Shown here one piece after another: positions 39,183-51,730 of a DNA stretch of 64,000 bases. Both the position numbers and the translations under genes were made by a program. Below the pieces are notes generated by a model. The model searched no databases, was not told the DNA's origin, and saw only the letters and a list, made by a program, of their open reading frames with translations. Location of the stretch: positions 32,426,001 to 32,490,000 of the forward strand of contig NC_043016.1 of the NCBI RefSeq assembly GCF_006345805.1, given 5' to 3'. Within the stretch, counting starts at the first letter, position 1, and every line of letters begins with the position of its first letter. This stretch comes from Octopus sinensis (lineage: Eukaryota).

Positions 39183-40714
39183 CATATATATAGTTGGTTA
39201 TTATAACTGCTAACTCTGCTTACCTATATATATATATATATATAAATATATGTATATGTACATATAAATTCTATGAAAGCACTGGTTAGTTACCTATATT
39301 TTCCATCTACCGAATCCACTCACAAGACTAGGCTTTGTTTTGCCCAGGGCTGTAGTAGAAGACACTTGCCCAAGATAGCATGCACTGAGACTGTACTTGA
39401 AACCTTGTAGTTAGGAACCAAACTACTTATCACATAGCCATGCTTATTCTTTCATTTATTTCAGTCATTTGACTGTGGCCATGCTGGAGCACCATCTATT
39501 AGTCGAGGAAATATGACCCCCACCCCACCCCAGGACTTATTCTTTGTAAGCCTGGTACTTATTCTATCAGTCTCTTTTGTCAAACCACTAATTTATGGGG
39601 ATGTAAACACACCGACATCAGTTGTCAAGTGATGGTGGGGTGGGGGACAAACACAGATACAAAGACACACACATATATGCGACAGGCTTTTTTCAGTTTC
39701 CATCTACCAAATCCATTCACATGGCTTTGGTTGGCCTGAGGCTATATATATAGTAGGAAACACTCACCCAAAGTGCCACTGAGTGACACTGAACCTGGAA
39801 CCATGAGTTTGGGAAACAAGCTTCTTATAAGCTTATAGATTTTTTGTTCTTCCTTCTCCAGACATTGAATATTATTTTTATTTGATACTACATTTCTACA
39901 TAATTTAAGCCAGGGAAGAAAAAAAATATCTTACAAAAATTCATGAACAGTCTTACGATATTTCTCCCATGTTTCTGATGAAAACTTTCCAAATTCTAAA
40001 CCAACTGCATCCCATCCACAACGATTTCTAAGAAGCATTGGGTTCAAAAAAATTAAAAAATTAAAAACAACAACAAAAAAAAGGAAAGAAAAATACCATA
40101 AAACATTTATTCGCATAATTCCTTAAAATTTCAAAGATTCTTCAATATACAGTTTATAATCTAGAAACAACATTTCTTCACTTAAAAAATATAAAAGCAT
40201 AAGTGTAGCTATGGCTGTGTGGTTGAGAAATTTGCTTGATTGCAGGTTCAAGTTCCAATGTGTAGTACCTTTAGACAAGTATCTTCCTCTGTAACTTTAG
40301 GCTGATCAAAGACTTGTGAGTGGATTTAATAGATGAAAACTGAAGAGGCCTGATGTTTCTGTTTCTCTGTCTCTTTGTCACCCACTAACCATTCATCCTT
40401 TAATACATATGTGTGTCTTTGTGTTTTGTCCCCCACCACTACCAGATAACTGCTGTTGGTTTGTTTACATTCCTGTAACTTAGTGGTTCGGCAACAAGAG
40501 AAAGCTAGAATAGGTACTGAGTTTTAAAAAATTGAGTGCTGGGGTTGATTTGTTTGACTAAAACCCTTCAAGACAGTGCCCCTCCATCCACCCAACAACT
40601 TCAACATGTAAAAGATAAAATAAAAGATGGTTTTACATTAGAAGACACTTGTCCAAGGTGCTGCACAGTTGAACCAGGTGCTTCGCAAGCAAATTCCTTA
40701 ACTGCACAGATATA

Positions 40715-40927
40715 CAAGGAGGTGCTGTAAAGTTCCTGGCTTTAAGGCTATCACGAAAGGCCTGGTTGGAGGCCCAACTTTCCAAGTTCTTTTACAAGGC
40801 TTAGAAAAACTGAAGGACCACTGCAATAAGTGTTTGAATCTGAAAGGGGAATATGTTGAATAAAATCATAATTAACTGAGCCCCCTGTAGTTTCTTTTAC
40901 CCAAAGTAACTTTTTAGCACCCACTCC
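40715..40927. mobile_element. Mariner-derived MITE (about 215 bp)
   Basis: TIR-like ends. Contains the transposase-terminal KCLNLKGEYVE* sequence. A second copy is nearby. Confidence 0.7.
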
Positions 40928-41355
40928 TATGTATGTGTTTGTGTGTGTGTTTATGTATGTGTGTGTACGTATGTGTGCATGTATGTATGTATGTATGTAT
41001 GTATTGGCATGTAAAAAGCACCACTCAAGTGTTGGGCCTCACGGAGGCAGTGACAGGTGACCAAGACCCTTGGTGATATACTATGCTTGTGTTGACCTGT
41101 TAAGCCAAGTGAGGCTGTAGTCATGGCCAATGCCAGTGTCAGATCAATAGCACCCATGCCAGTGGCATGTAAAAAGCACTCACTATGCTCTTGGAGTGAT
41201 TGGTATTAAGAAGGCATCCAGCCATAGAAACCTTGCCAAACCAGACTGGAATCTGGTGCAGCCCCCTGGCTTACCAGTTTTCAACCAAACTGTCCAGCCC
41301 ATGCCAGCATGAAAAGCAGACGTTAAACAATGATGATTATGATAATGTATATATA

Positions 41356-41572
41356 TGAGGGGATGCTGAAGAAGTCTTGACATTAAGGGTATTGCAAAAG
41401 GTCTGGTTTTGAGGCCCAACTTTCCAAGTTCTTTTACAGGGCTTAGAAAAACTAAAGAACTGATATAACAAGTGTGTGATTCTGAGAGGGAAAATGTTGA
41501 ATAAAATCATAATTAACTGATCCTCCTATATTTTCTTCTACCCAAAGCCAGGAACTTTTCAACATCCCCTCA
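41356..41572. mobile_element. Mariner-derived MITE, second copy
   Basis: tgaggggatgctgaa / ttcaacatcccctca flanked by TA. Confidence 0.75.
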
Positions 41573-42061
41573 TACATGTGTCTAACTATCTTAACTTATT
41601 GTAACATATGATATTACCCTAATCGATTATATTAACATATTCTGTTGTATTATTTCCTGTATCTTGAAGTTACACCCTGACAAATCTTTCCCAACACCTT
41701 CTCTGTTAATCGCACTTTTCAAACTGGAGGAAACCGTGTATTCACCTCTTCAACAAGACACTCATTCCTGTCCTTCTATCACAGTGCTTTGCAAACTATC
41801 TGATGTGGCATACTGGTAGTTTATTTTTCTAATGTGCCATGGACCAGTAATATTTCTTAGTAATATCAATTTATACCAGAAACAATATATATATCTTTTA
41901 CTTGTTTCAGTCATTTGACTGTGGCCATGCTGGACTTATTCTTGTAAGCCTAGTACTTATTCTATCAGCCTCTTTTGCTGAGCCGCTAAATTACGGGGAC
42001 TTAAATACATCATCGGTTGTCAAGCGATGTTGGTGGGGATGAACACAGACACACAACATAT

Positions 42062-42117
<56 letters not shown>

Positions 42118-42250
42118 TTTGGGTAGGTGTTTTCCACTATAGCCCCGAGCCGACCGGAGCTTCGTGATTGAATTCAGTAGGTGGAAGTACTGCTGTGTGT
42201 GTATGTGTGCGTATAGCTGCTCAGTGCCTCTCCGAAAGCGAGAGAGGGAT

Positions 42251-42298
<48 letters not shown>

Positions 42299-43014
42299 TA
42301 TATATATATACACATATATACGACGGGCTTCTTTCAGTTTCAGTCTACCAAATCCACTCACAAGGCTTTGGTCAATTGGAGGCTATAGTAGAAGGCACTT
42401 GCCCAAGGTTCCACGCAGTGGGACTGAACCCGGAACCATGTGGTTGGTAAGCAAGCTACTTACCACACAACCACTCCTATGCTTATATAATGAATATAAT
42501 AAAAGTTGACAATTTTTTCTATCTTATATTTATTTTGTAAACAAATAATACAATATTACATAAGCTGATAAGTTGTTTACTGCAGTGCATAAGGTGAAAT
42601 TACAGAAATTATGCAGTTATTTCTTTCTTTTCTGGAAACTCACCATGTACCGGCAGCTGATGGCTCACAGACCAGCACCGGTCTGCAGACCATCACTTTG
42701 ATTAGCACTACTCTTTTGTACTTTCACGTCCTTCAATACTATAGCCCACTTCTGTTGAGGAGAGGGGGTGTCTTGTCTTCAGAGTTTCCAGGTTACATCA
42801 CTGGTGTCAGTGCCACATAAAATAAAACACCAAGTACATTCTGTAAATTGGTTGGGAGGGCATTTGACTGTAGAAACCACGTCAAAGCAGACATTGAAAC
42901 TTAGTACAGTTATCTGGCCCCCTCCCCAGCTCCAGTTGAATCATCCAACCCATACCAGCATGGAAAACAGACGTTAAATGGTGATGATGATTGTATACCA
43001 ATCTACAAACACTA

Positions 43015-43477
43015 CAGGTTGTCATCGACTTATGAACTATCTGACTTATGACAGATCGACTTTACCACAATTGGCATGCTAGCTCCCAGCAACAATAATA
43101 AACAGTCTAGTTGAAATCTAATGGGTTTACTTTCTTAGAAATTAACTCTTCTACGGATGATGTCAGCTAACAAATGCTTACTCTAAGTTTGGTTTACGAT
43201 CACCACAGTGGTTACCCCAAGTGTTAGATGAATAACCTGTTGCGGAGACATTGAGGCAACCTTGTAATAGCTTGTTAGACGACTGCTTGAGACTCCAAAC
43301 AAATAACACTGTTGTAGTATAATACAGAATGCTGTGTGTGACTTTTATCTGAGGATGTACCTTAAGAATGTAAAAATATAAAACAAATCTATGTAGGCCT
43401 ATAAGCCAACTTACAACCAAATCGACTCATGACCAGTCAGTCAGAACCAATTGTGGTCATAAGTTAACAACAACCTA
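43015..43477. mobile_element. pogo/Tigger-like MITE
   Basis: ta-caggttgtcatcgacttatga / tcataagttaacaacaaccta-ta. Confidence 0.6.
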
Positions 43478-44091
43478 TATTTTATTAATCTATTCTATTA
43501 ACTTATTCTGTTCTTTTATATCAAGCTATTCTACTCTAATAACTTATTCTTTTATATTATATTGCATAACGTTTTCTTTTCAACAATATTCAACTATTTT
43601 ATTACATATTCGGTTATATTATATTGCATTGGCCTGATAGTATTGCTGTGTAACCCATGTCAACATGGAATACAGATGTTACATGGAAATAATATTATAT
43701 TAACTTATTCTATTATACTATATATTAATATTATACTACATATTAATATGTCTTGTCATGTAAAGATATATTGAAACATTTTTCTTGATAAAATGCTTTA
43801 TATTTTGTAATTGTCTGTCATTCTGGTTCTGATACAGCCTTGACCCCCTTTGTTACTATATATTTCTGTTGAAATATATCACTGTTTCTGTTAAGTTTGA
43901 AGAGAATAAAGAATTATAGGGGTAGGAGTGGCTGTGTTGTAAGTAACTTGCTTATGAACCACATGGTTCTAGGTTCAGTCCCACTGCATGGCACCTTGGG
44001 CAAGTGTCTTCTACTATAGCCTTGGGCCGACCAAAGCCTTGTGAGTGGATTTGGTTAACAGAAACTGAAAGAAGCCTGTCATATATATGTA

Positions 44092-44122
<31 letters not shown>

Positions 44123-44607
44123 CATCATCATCGTTTAACGTCCGTTCTCCATGCTAGCATGGGTTGGACGGTTCGACTGGGGATCTGGGAAGCCAGAAGG
44201 CTGCACCAGGCTCCGGTCTTATCTGGCAATGTTTCTACAGCTGGATGCCCTTCCTAACGCCAACCACTCAGTGAGTGTAGTGGGTGCTTTTTACGTGCCA
44301 CCGACACGGAAGTCAGTCGAGGCGGCACTGGCATCGGCCACGATTCGGATAGTGCTTTTTACGTATCTCCAGTCCAGGGGTCCTGGCATCTGCCGGGTGC
44401 CAGTCATAGGAATGGTTCAATTTCAATTCCGATTTCACTTGCCCCAACAGGTCTTCGCAAGCAAAGGGGGGTTGGCATAGGTGCCTGTCATCGGATGAGG
44501 TTCGATATCGACTTCGCTTGCCTCAACAGGTCTTTGTGTGTCCAAGGGAGGAAAGGCATGCATAAGTGGGCTGGACTCACTTGTCCTGCCTGGTCTTTTC
44601 ACGCACA

Positions 44608-44651
<44 letters not shown>

Positions 44652-44885
44652 TATATATGTGCAGGTGGCACGTGTGCAGGTGGCATGTAAAAAGCACCCA
44701 CTACACTCACGGAGTGGTTGGCGTTAGAAGAGTATCCAGCTGTAGAAACTCTGCCACATCAGACTGGAGCCTGGTGCAGCCCCTGGTTTCCCAGACCCCG
44801 GTCGAACCGTCCAACCCGTGCTAGCGCAGAAAACGGACGTTAAACGATGATGATAATGATGATGATGATGATGTATATATATATA

Positions 44886-44929
<44 letters not shown>

Positions 44930-45825
44930 ATATATAATAATATATATATATATTATATATATAATATAATATATATTAATATATATATATATATGTATTT
45001 GTTTGTGTGTCTGTGTTTGTCTCCCCAACATCACTTGACAATCAATGCTGGTGTGTTTACGTCCCCGTAACTTAGCGGTTCAGCAAAAGAAACCGATAGA
45101 ATAAGTACTAAGCTTACAAAGAATAAGTCCTGGTTCAATTTTCTCGACTAAAAGGTGGTGCTCCAGCATGGCCACAGTCAAATGACTGAAACAAATAAAA
45201 GAGTAAAAGAGTAATTTAGATAAATAACTTTGTCAATATTAATCTGGTATTTAAAGCTTAAATTAATATGGAATTTTGACTGAAGGTTTTAATTAGATAA
45301 TTTTAACCGTTTTGTCGCCTTATTTCTGTTGAAAGACACTGCCACTGTCTCAGTTATGAAAATGGTGAAGAGTTTAGTAAAACTAGTGTTTAAAACAAAT
45401 TTACATGGAATTTTGATGGAAAGTTTTTAACTGAGATCCCTTTAAAGCAGGAAGTTTCTATCATAAGGCCCCAGGGCAATCTTAAGTGGGTTGGTATCAA
45501 AAGGGTCAAACAGCTTGGATTTTCTTTCACTTTTATTTCTTTCCTTCTTTTTGTACGTGTGTGTGTGTGTGTAAGACTATCAGAATTAGAATAAAAGTAA
45601 GTTTTTAGTTTGTTTTTTATTCATCTCAATCAGAGCCTCTCTATGACTATTGTGATCTTCGACTGTTTTTATTCTTCTCTTCATTGCTGTTTTTTGTTTG
45701 ATTTTCAATTATTGTTCAAGAATCTTCTTAATGTGAAATTTCCCATAGCATTCTTAACAATATTTTTAAATTTCAAAGTAAAATCACAATAAAAGAGAAA
45801 TGTTCACATCAATTGTTCCCATATC

Positions 45826-45889
<64 letters not shown>

Positions 45890-46828
45890 CTATTTTCTTC
45901 TCCATTTTCTGTAGTTATTATTTTGCTAAATACCACACTATGCTATGCTTTAATAACACAGACACAGAATTATTATGTCCATCTGACAACTCTGCAGGGC
46001 TGCTTCTTGAATTGTAATTGACCATTTCTCTGTTCTATAGATGAATACATGCCTGCAAAAGAAAGAAAGAAAGAAAGAAAGAAAGAAAAAATTTATAATA
46101 AATAATGTAACAAACAACAAGTGCAGTTATAATACCTGATATGGATTAAATTCATTTAATCCATTTCAAATAATGGTGATATTAGATTCTTCTTTAATTC
46201 TTGTGCTACCAATTCACAAAGGTTCAATGACTTCTCATTTTAAAGTATTCAATATTTAAATTAAAATATACCATCATAATTTTTCATGCAAAAAGAAAAA
46301 GAAAATTCAATTTATTTATTTGTATTTTGAAGTTTTCTTCTTTTTGAATTCCACTTCAATAATAAAAAAGAAACCAATATAAAAAAATTATTTTACTAAA
46401 TCACTTCAAATTCTTCATTTCTTTTGAAATTAAAAAAAAAAATCTAAATTCATACTGACAGAAATATGACCATAAAAGTATCCTAAGAATAAATGAACGG
46501 CATGAAATAGGGAATTAGGAATACTAGGTTCTTCAGTAACCCTTAAGTGTTTAAACTGGCCATAGTTGTTGATTTACCCACATGCCCATCATGAAAAAGA
46601 GAGTCATGGCTGGGATGTGTTTTATCTTGCTTCTGCTGGACTGAGTCTGGCCTAGGGCTAAACAACAGCAATAACAACAACTACAACAATTTTTTAACTG
46701 AAGAATACAAGCATCAAGAGAGAACAATGAATGAGGGATTAACTTTGACATTTTCAGTTAAATTACAAAAGTAATCAAACAAGTTTATTATGAAATAAAT
46801 AATAAATAATGAAGCAAATTTTAAATCA

Positions 46829-46861
<33 letters not shown>

Positions 46862-47246
46862 TGAATTAAAAACACCCTATCTTACTTTATCGTTTTTTTC
46901 CTTTCTTTTTTCTTTCTAATCTTTTTCACTCACAGATACAGTCTCTCTCTCTCCGCTCTCTCTCTCCTCTCTCTCGTCTCTCTTTCTCTCCTTCCCTTCT
47001 CTCATGCACACAAACACATAATACATATATACACGCACATACATGCATACACACATACATACATGCACACATATGTACATACATACACACATACATATGT
47101 ACATACATACATAGATAGATACATAAACACATCATACATACATTATATAAATAAACATATAATTTATTCATAGAATTTATATCTTCATGATTTGTAGTTA
47201 ATTCAAATGCAGCCTTCGATTTTGAACTTAGAAAACCCAGAATACA

Positions 47247-47277
<31 letters not shown>

Positions 47278-47354
47278 AAGTGTGTGTACATAAATAATTA
47301 TATACATACGCACACATACATATATATATATATCTATGTATATATACACCAGAT

Positions 47355-47385
<31 letters not shown>

Positions 47386-47906
47386 ATGGTCCTGATAGGG
47401 TAGACAATCAGAGTATTTCCAATGCAGCATTCAACCCAAGATCAACACTATCTACACCCTCAAAGAAGATGGAAATTCTTCAGTTGCAGAAAAATCCATG
47501 CATCGCATCAGTAAATCCAATGTGTGAGTCAAGCAAAGAGTGAAATATAATCCAAATAAGAGAGCAAAAAATGTCTAGCACATCTTTAATGGACAGTTAT
47601 AATTGTTCTGGAACAACACTTGTTTCTGATGAAATTGCATGCAAAAGTTACATAATACTTGGGATTCTGTACATTACAGTGGCACTTCATCAGACTTGCA
47701 TCAAAAGGGGTCACTCTTAGCATAATGTAAGAGAGCACTGGTGCTAGTCAGGTTAAGTGCCACTCTAAGCATTGAATAAACACAGTAATATATACATACA
47801 CACACACACACAGACACACACATAAATTGATAGAAATGGTAAGACAACAAAAGAATGAAAGAGACCTTGATACTAAGTAGATAGAGGAATTTATATGTAA
47901 ATATAA

Positions 47907-48037
47907 ATATGTTGATAATTATTCGGTAGCCATGATAAAACTCAAGTTTTGATGTCTGAAGAGCTGGCAGCGTGGGTTTCTGCCCTAACATCCGAAACTC
48001 AGAGTTTTATCATGGCTACTGAATAATTATCACATAT
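47907..48037 (+). mobile_element. Inverted-repeat element enclosing a decayed hammerhead
   Basis: Arms 47907-43 / 48002-37. CTGAAGA 47956-62, GGCAG/CTGCC hairpin, and GAAACTCAGAGT (same stem III as the 56.8 kb ribozyme). Confidence 0.65.
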
Positions 48038-48055
48038 TACATTTACATATATGTG

Positions 48056-48102
<47 letters not shown>

Positions 48103-48981
48103 AAACTCTTGGACCTTGAATCACTCTGTTGCTTCTGCTACATATTTAATAATAATAAAAATACATAACTACATACACATATATATATACACCACACACA
48201 CATATATAAATACACACACTTACATACATACATGCATACATAAAATAACACAGGTAGCTATATGCAATAAAGAAATGAAAAGGAAAAACTTAAATTGTCA
48301 CTAATTGTGACTGAGAGTGCTAGGTAGCACCTGTATTGCTAAAAATAAGAGTTAAAAAACCCTTAGAGCCGCAATAAAGCACCTTTTTATATGCTAACAA
48401 GGGAGATAACTGTCCCAGAACGAAGCCTGTATATGACTATACAAGACTAGTTTCACTTGAAATTACAAACTCATCAGTAGTGACCACTCCATCGCTGGAT
48501 GGTTTGGTTAAATCCTGACTGTCAGTATATATATATGTATTTACCATATGGATCAATGGCTGATTTGGCAAAGTGCTAATGTGAACACCTTAGGCAAGTG
48601 TCTTCTCCTTTAGCCTCAGGACGACCAGAGCCTTGTGAGTGGATTTTGTAGATGGAAACTGAAAGAAGCCCATTGTATATGTATGTATGTGTTTGTCCCC
48701 CTACCATTGCTTGATAACCGATGTTGGTGTATTTACGTCCCCATTACTTAGTGCTTCAGCAAAAGAGGCTGATAGAATAGATACTAGGTTTACAAAGAAT
48801 AAGTCCTGGTTTGATTGTTTCAACTAAAGGTGATGTTCCAGCATGGCTTTAGTCAAATGACTGAAACAAATAAAAGAATATATATATATATCTATATATA
48901 ATATATATATATATAGTGTACAAATCTGTAAGTCAGGAAAAAGTGCATATATTGTCTTTAGAATGGTATATTAATCAGAAG

Positions 48982-49154
48982 GTACAATATTATATATCCA
49001 TTATGGCTGATCTTAGTGATCGGTTCATTCCCATAACTACCAACTCTGAAGAGCACAGGGTTATGTAATCGGACTGTTACCTATCAGTCAATTGAACCCC
49101 TAATGCGAAACCATTCAAGAAGATTAGTCCTAATGGATATATAATGCTGTATAC
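48982..49154 (+). mobile_element. Decayed homologue of the 9.7-kb inverted hammerhead element
   Basis: atatccattatggctgatctta...; CTGAAGA 49046-52; GCACAGGG/CCCCTAATGC; GAAA 49107-10. The cleavage site is degenerate. Confidence 0.7.
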
Positions 49155-49782
49155 TTCAATTAGCATATATATATATATATTCTCTTATACTTGTTTCAGT
49201 CATTTGACTGTGGCCTTGCTGGAGCACCAAGAATATACATAATATATATATATATATATTAATATGAATAGTAAACATTGTTGTCATTATCGAGGAATGT
49301 CGTGATTCACAAATGCAATATCAAGAATAGAAAAATTTTAATGAACTAAAATTATCTATGCATTTAGTAGACAAAAACTTCCTCCTCTAGACATAAAAAA
49401 AAATCTAACAACAAATAAGTGAGATAACTTCAATAATAACAGTTCTCTGAAATTTTGGAGTAAATTTGGTCAACAGGTATATTATACTCAGTTGACAAGA
49501 CTAAAATTAATCAATACACACACAAATACTGTCAATAACTGGAGCAAATACACGATGCTTCAAAGATTATTCATTTGTGTCAGTGTATATGATCGTTATG
49601 AAAGAACAAAAGTATCTAATAATGAATTGGTATTCAATAATGAGCAGTCAGCGTACATGTTTGTATTCAATAATAAAACTATTTTACTGTCATAGAGAAA
49701 GCTGACGACAGTAACACAATGGAAACCCTATTAGCCAACTATGCCAATATTTCTTTTTATTTTATCAAATGGTTTTGATATA

Positions 49783-50156
49783 TCTTTATATATAAAGCTG
49801 AAGTTGTCTGAGTATGTGTGGCAGGTTTGGTAGCCTTCAACTAACACTATCTCCTCTGAGACCCTGTGGCGCAAGTTGACCAAAATTGAAAGTATGATAG
49901 AAGAAAAAATTCAAATCATACCATGTTAAGACCAAAAATTATTTACATCAAAAAGTTGCTTTTTTACTATGAAAATCCCTATTTTTTTACGATTTTTTGA
50001 CTGCTGTGTCGCCATTTTTCGGTGTATTTCACCCAGAAAAATGTTCACTTGAAGAGAATAACAAGCTACATAATGCAAAATTTTTACTTTTCAAAAATTC
50101 CAGTTCTAAAGGGTTGACAGGAAAATAAACTCAAGCAAGCCAGGCTATACTGCTAG
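49783..50156 (+). mobile_element. Non-autonomous Helitron (374 bp)
   Basis: A^TCTTTATATATAAAG 5' end, TGCTAG^T 3' end, no TSD, decayed subterminal hairpin. Confidence 0.8.
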
Positions 50157-50883
50157 TTAAATGATAAAGACATGTGGTGTTCCCTGGCAAACAACTAGTA
50201 CAAGGAAGATAATCATTTCTTCATAAAGTTTGGTGGGATTAGAAGTTAGAATTTGAAATTAAGGAGCAAGGCAGGTGTGAAGAATACACATATTTAATTT
50301 TTTTTTTGCCACATAAAAAAAGCACCATTAGGAAGGGCAGCCAACCATAGAAACCTTGCCAAAACAGACAATTGGAGCCTGGTGCAGCTCTCTGGGTTAC
50401 TAGATCCTGTGAAACTATCCAACTAATGTGAGTATGGAAACTGGAACTTAATTGATGATAAGGAGAAGGAGAAAGAGGAGGGGGAGGAGGTTCTCTAGTC
50501 AATGTCTGAACATACATAGTCCTGTAGTAAAGATTGTTTACCAACATAACATGGCAGTCCTGGTTTAGGACGAATGTTGTTGTAATTTAGCCTCAGAAGA
50601 CATCATCTCCAGCTGGCTACATGACATGATCTATGTCCTTATATTTTCAAACAAGGGAATCTAGTACCCCCACCCAGCTCTAAACAATATCTCCTGGAGC
50701 TAAATTACAGTAACATTCATCCTAAACCAGGACTGCCATGTTATGTTGGCAAACAATCTTTACTACAAAGTACTGTTGCTGAACATCTCATGTGGTGAAA
50801 TTAAAAAACAGTAATTTTCTAATTTATAGAACAGTAAAATCTATATATTTCAAGTGGGAATTTTGCCAACACCACTTCTAGCC

Positions 50884-50946
50884 AAACAATTATTCTGTGC
50901 TGATGAAGGGAAATAACCTAGAAATCGCGATACACAGATATTGTTT
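50884..50946 (+). ncRNA. Minimal type I hammerhead ribozyme, copy 1
   Basis: Stem I TCTGTG(50894-99)/CACAGA(50933-38), extended by aaacaat/attgttt; CTGATGA 50900-06; stem II A-GGG-aaataa-CCT-A; GAAA 50921-24; self-complementary stem III ATCGCGAT; triplet ATA, cleavage after 50932. Confidence 0.8.
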
Positions 50947-51221
50947 TGAGCTGAGTGGGGGTGCTAGATTCCCTTGTTTGAAAATATAAGGACGCAGATC
51001 ATGTTGTATAGCCAGCTGGAGACAATGTTTCATGGGACTAAATTACAGTAACATTCATCCTAAACCAGGACTGCCATGTTATGTTGGCAAACAATCTTTA
51101 CTACAAAGTACTGTTGCTGAACATCTCATGTTGTGAAATTAAAAAATAGTAATTTTCTAATTTATAGAACAGTAAAATCTATATATTTCAAGTGGGAATT
51201 TTGCCAACACCACTTCTAGCC

Positions 51222-51284
51222 AAACAATTATTCTGTGCTGATGAAGGGAAATAACCTAGAAATCGCAATACACAGATATTGTTT
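51222..51284 (+). ncRNA. Minimal type I hammerhead ribozyme, copy 2
   Basis: Same as copy 1 shifted by 338 bp (CTGATGA 51238-44, GAAA 51259-62). The stem III loop is CGCA instead of CGCG. Cleavage after 51270. Confidence 0.75.
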
Positions 51285-51499
51285 TGAGCTGAGTGGGGGT
51301 GCTAGATTCCCTTGTTTGAAAATATAAGGACGCAGATCATGTTGTATAGCCAGCTGGAGACAATGTTTCATGGGACTAAATTACAGCAACATTCATCCTA
51401 AACTAGGACTGCCATGTTATGTTGGCAAACAATCTTTACTACAAAGTACTGTTGCTGAATATCTCACATGAGATTTAAAAATAGTAATTTTGTAATAGT

Positions 51500-51730
51500 A
51501 TAACCTTTTAGCATTCAGATTATTCTGTCATATGTAATGCTTATTTATTCACATTGCTTTGAATTGATCATGCATTATCTTGTCGCTTTGCGATTTCAAT
51601 GGTTTTGATTGCTTATTTTTAGTATGACATTGTAAGATAGGTGTGAGAGGCTGGATCTGGTTCTATTTTTAACATAAAACAGGTAGAATATTTTGGCCAG
51701 TTATGGCTGGTTTAAATGCTAATGGGTTAA
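51500..51730. mobile_element. piggyBac-like MITE
   Basis: taaccttttagcatt ... aatgctaatgggttaa ends. Confidence 0.55.

Larger units (their letters stand above)
50523..51491 (+). mobile_element. Retrozyme-like / non-autonomous Penelope-like array: inverted partial unit (50523-50692) plus about 2.3 head-to-tail 338-bp units
   Basis: taaattacag at 50701, 51039 and 51377 gives an exact 338-bp period. I count 3 substitutions between units 1 and 2. One hammerhead per junction. Confidence 0.88.

Noticed and set aside
47620-47700. ctgatgaa / ttcatcag pair as a hammerhead
   Set aside because: The two boxes pair with each other and no stem I can be formed.
47390-47790. Non-repetitive segment as a coding exon
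   Set aside because: Stops occur in all frames over the segment and there is no recognisable motif.
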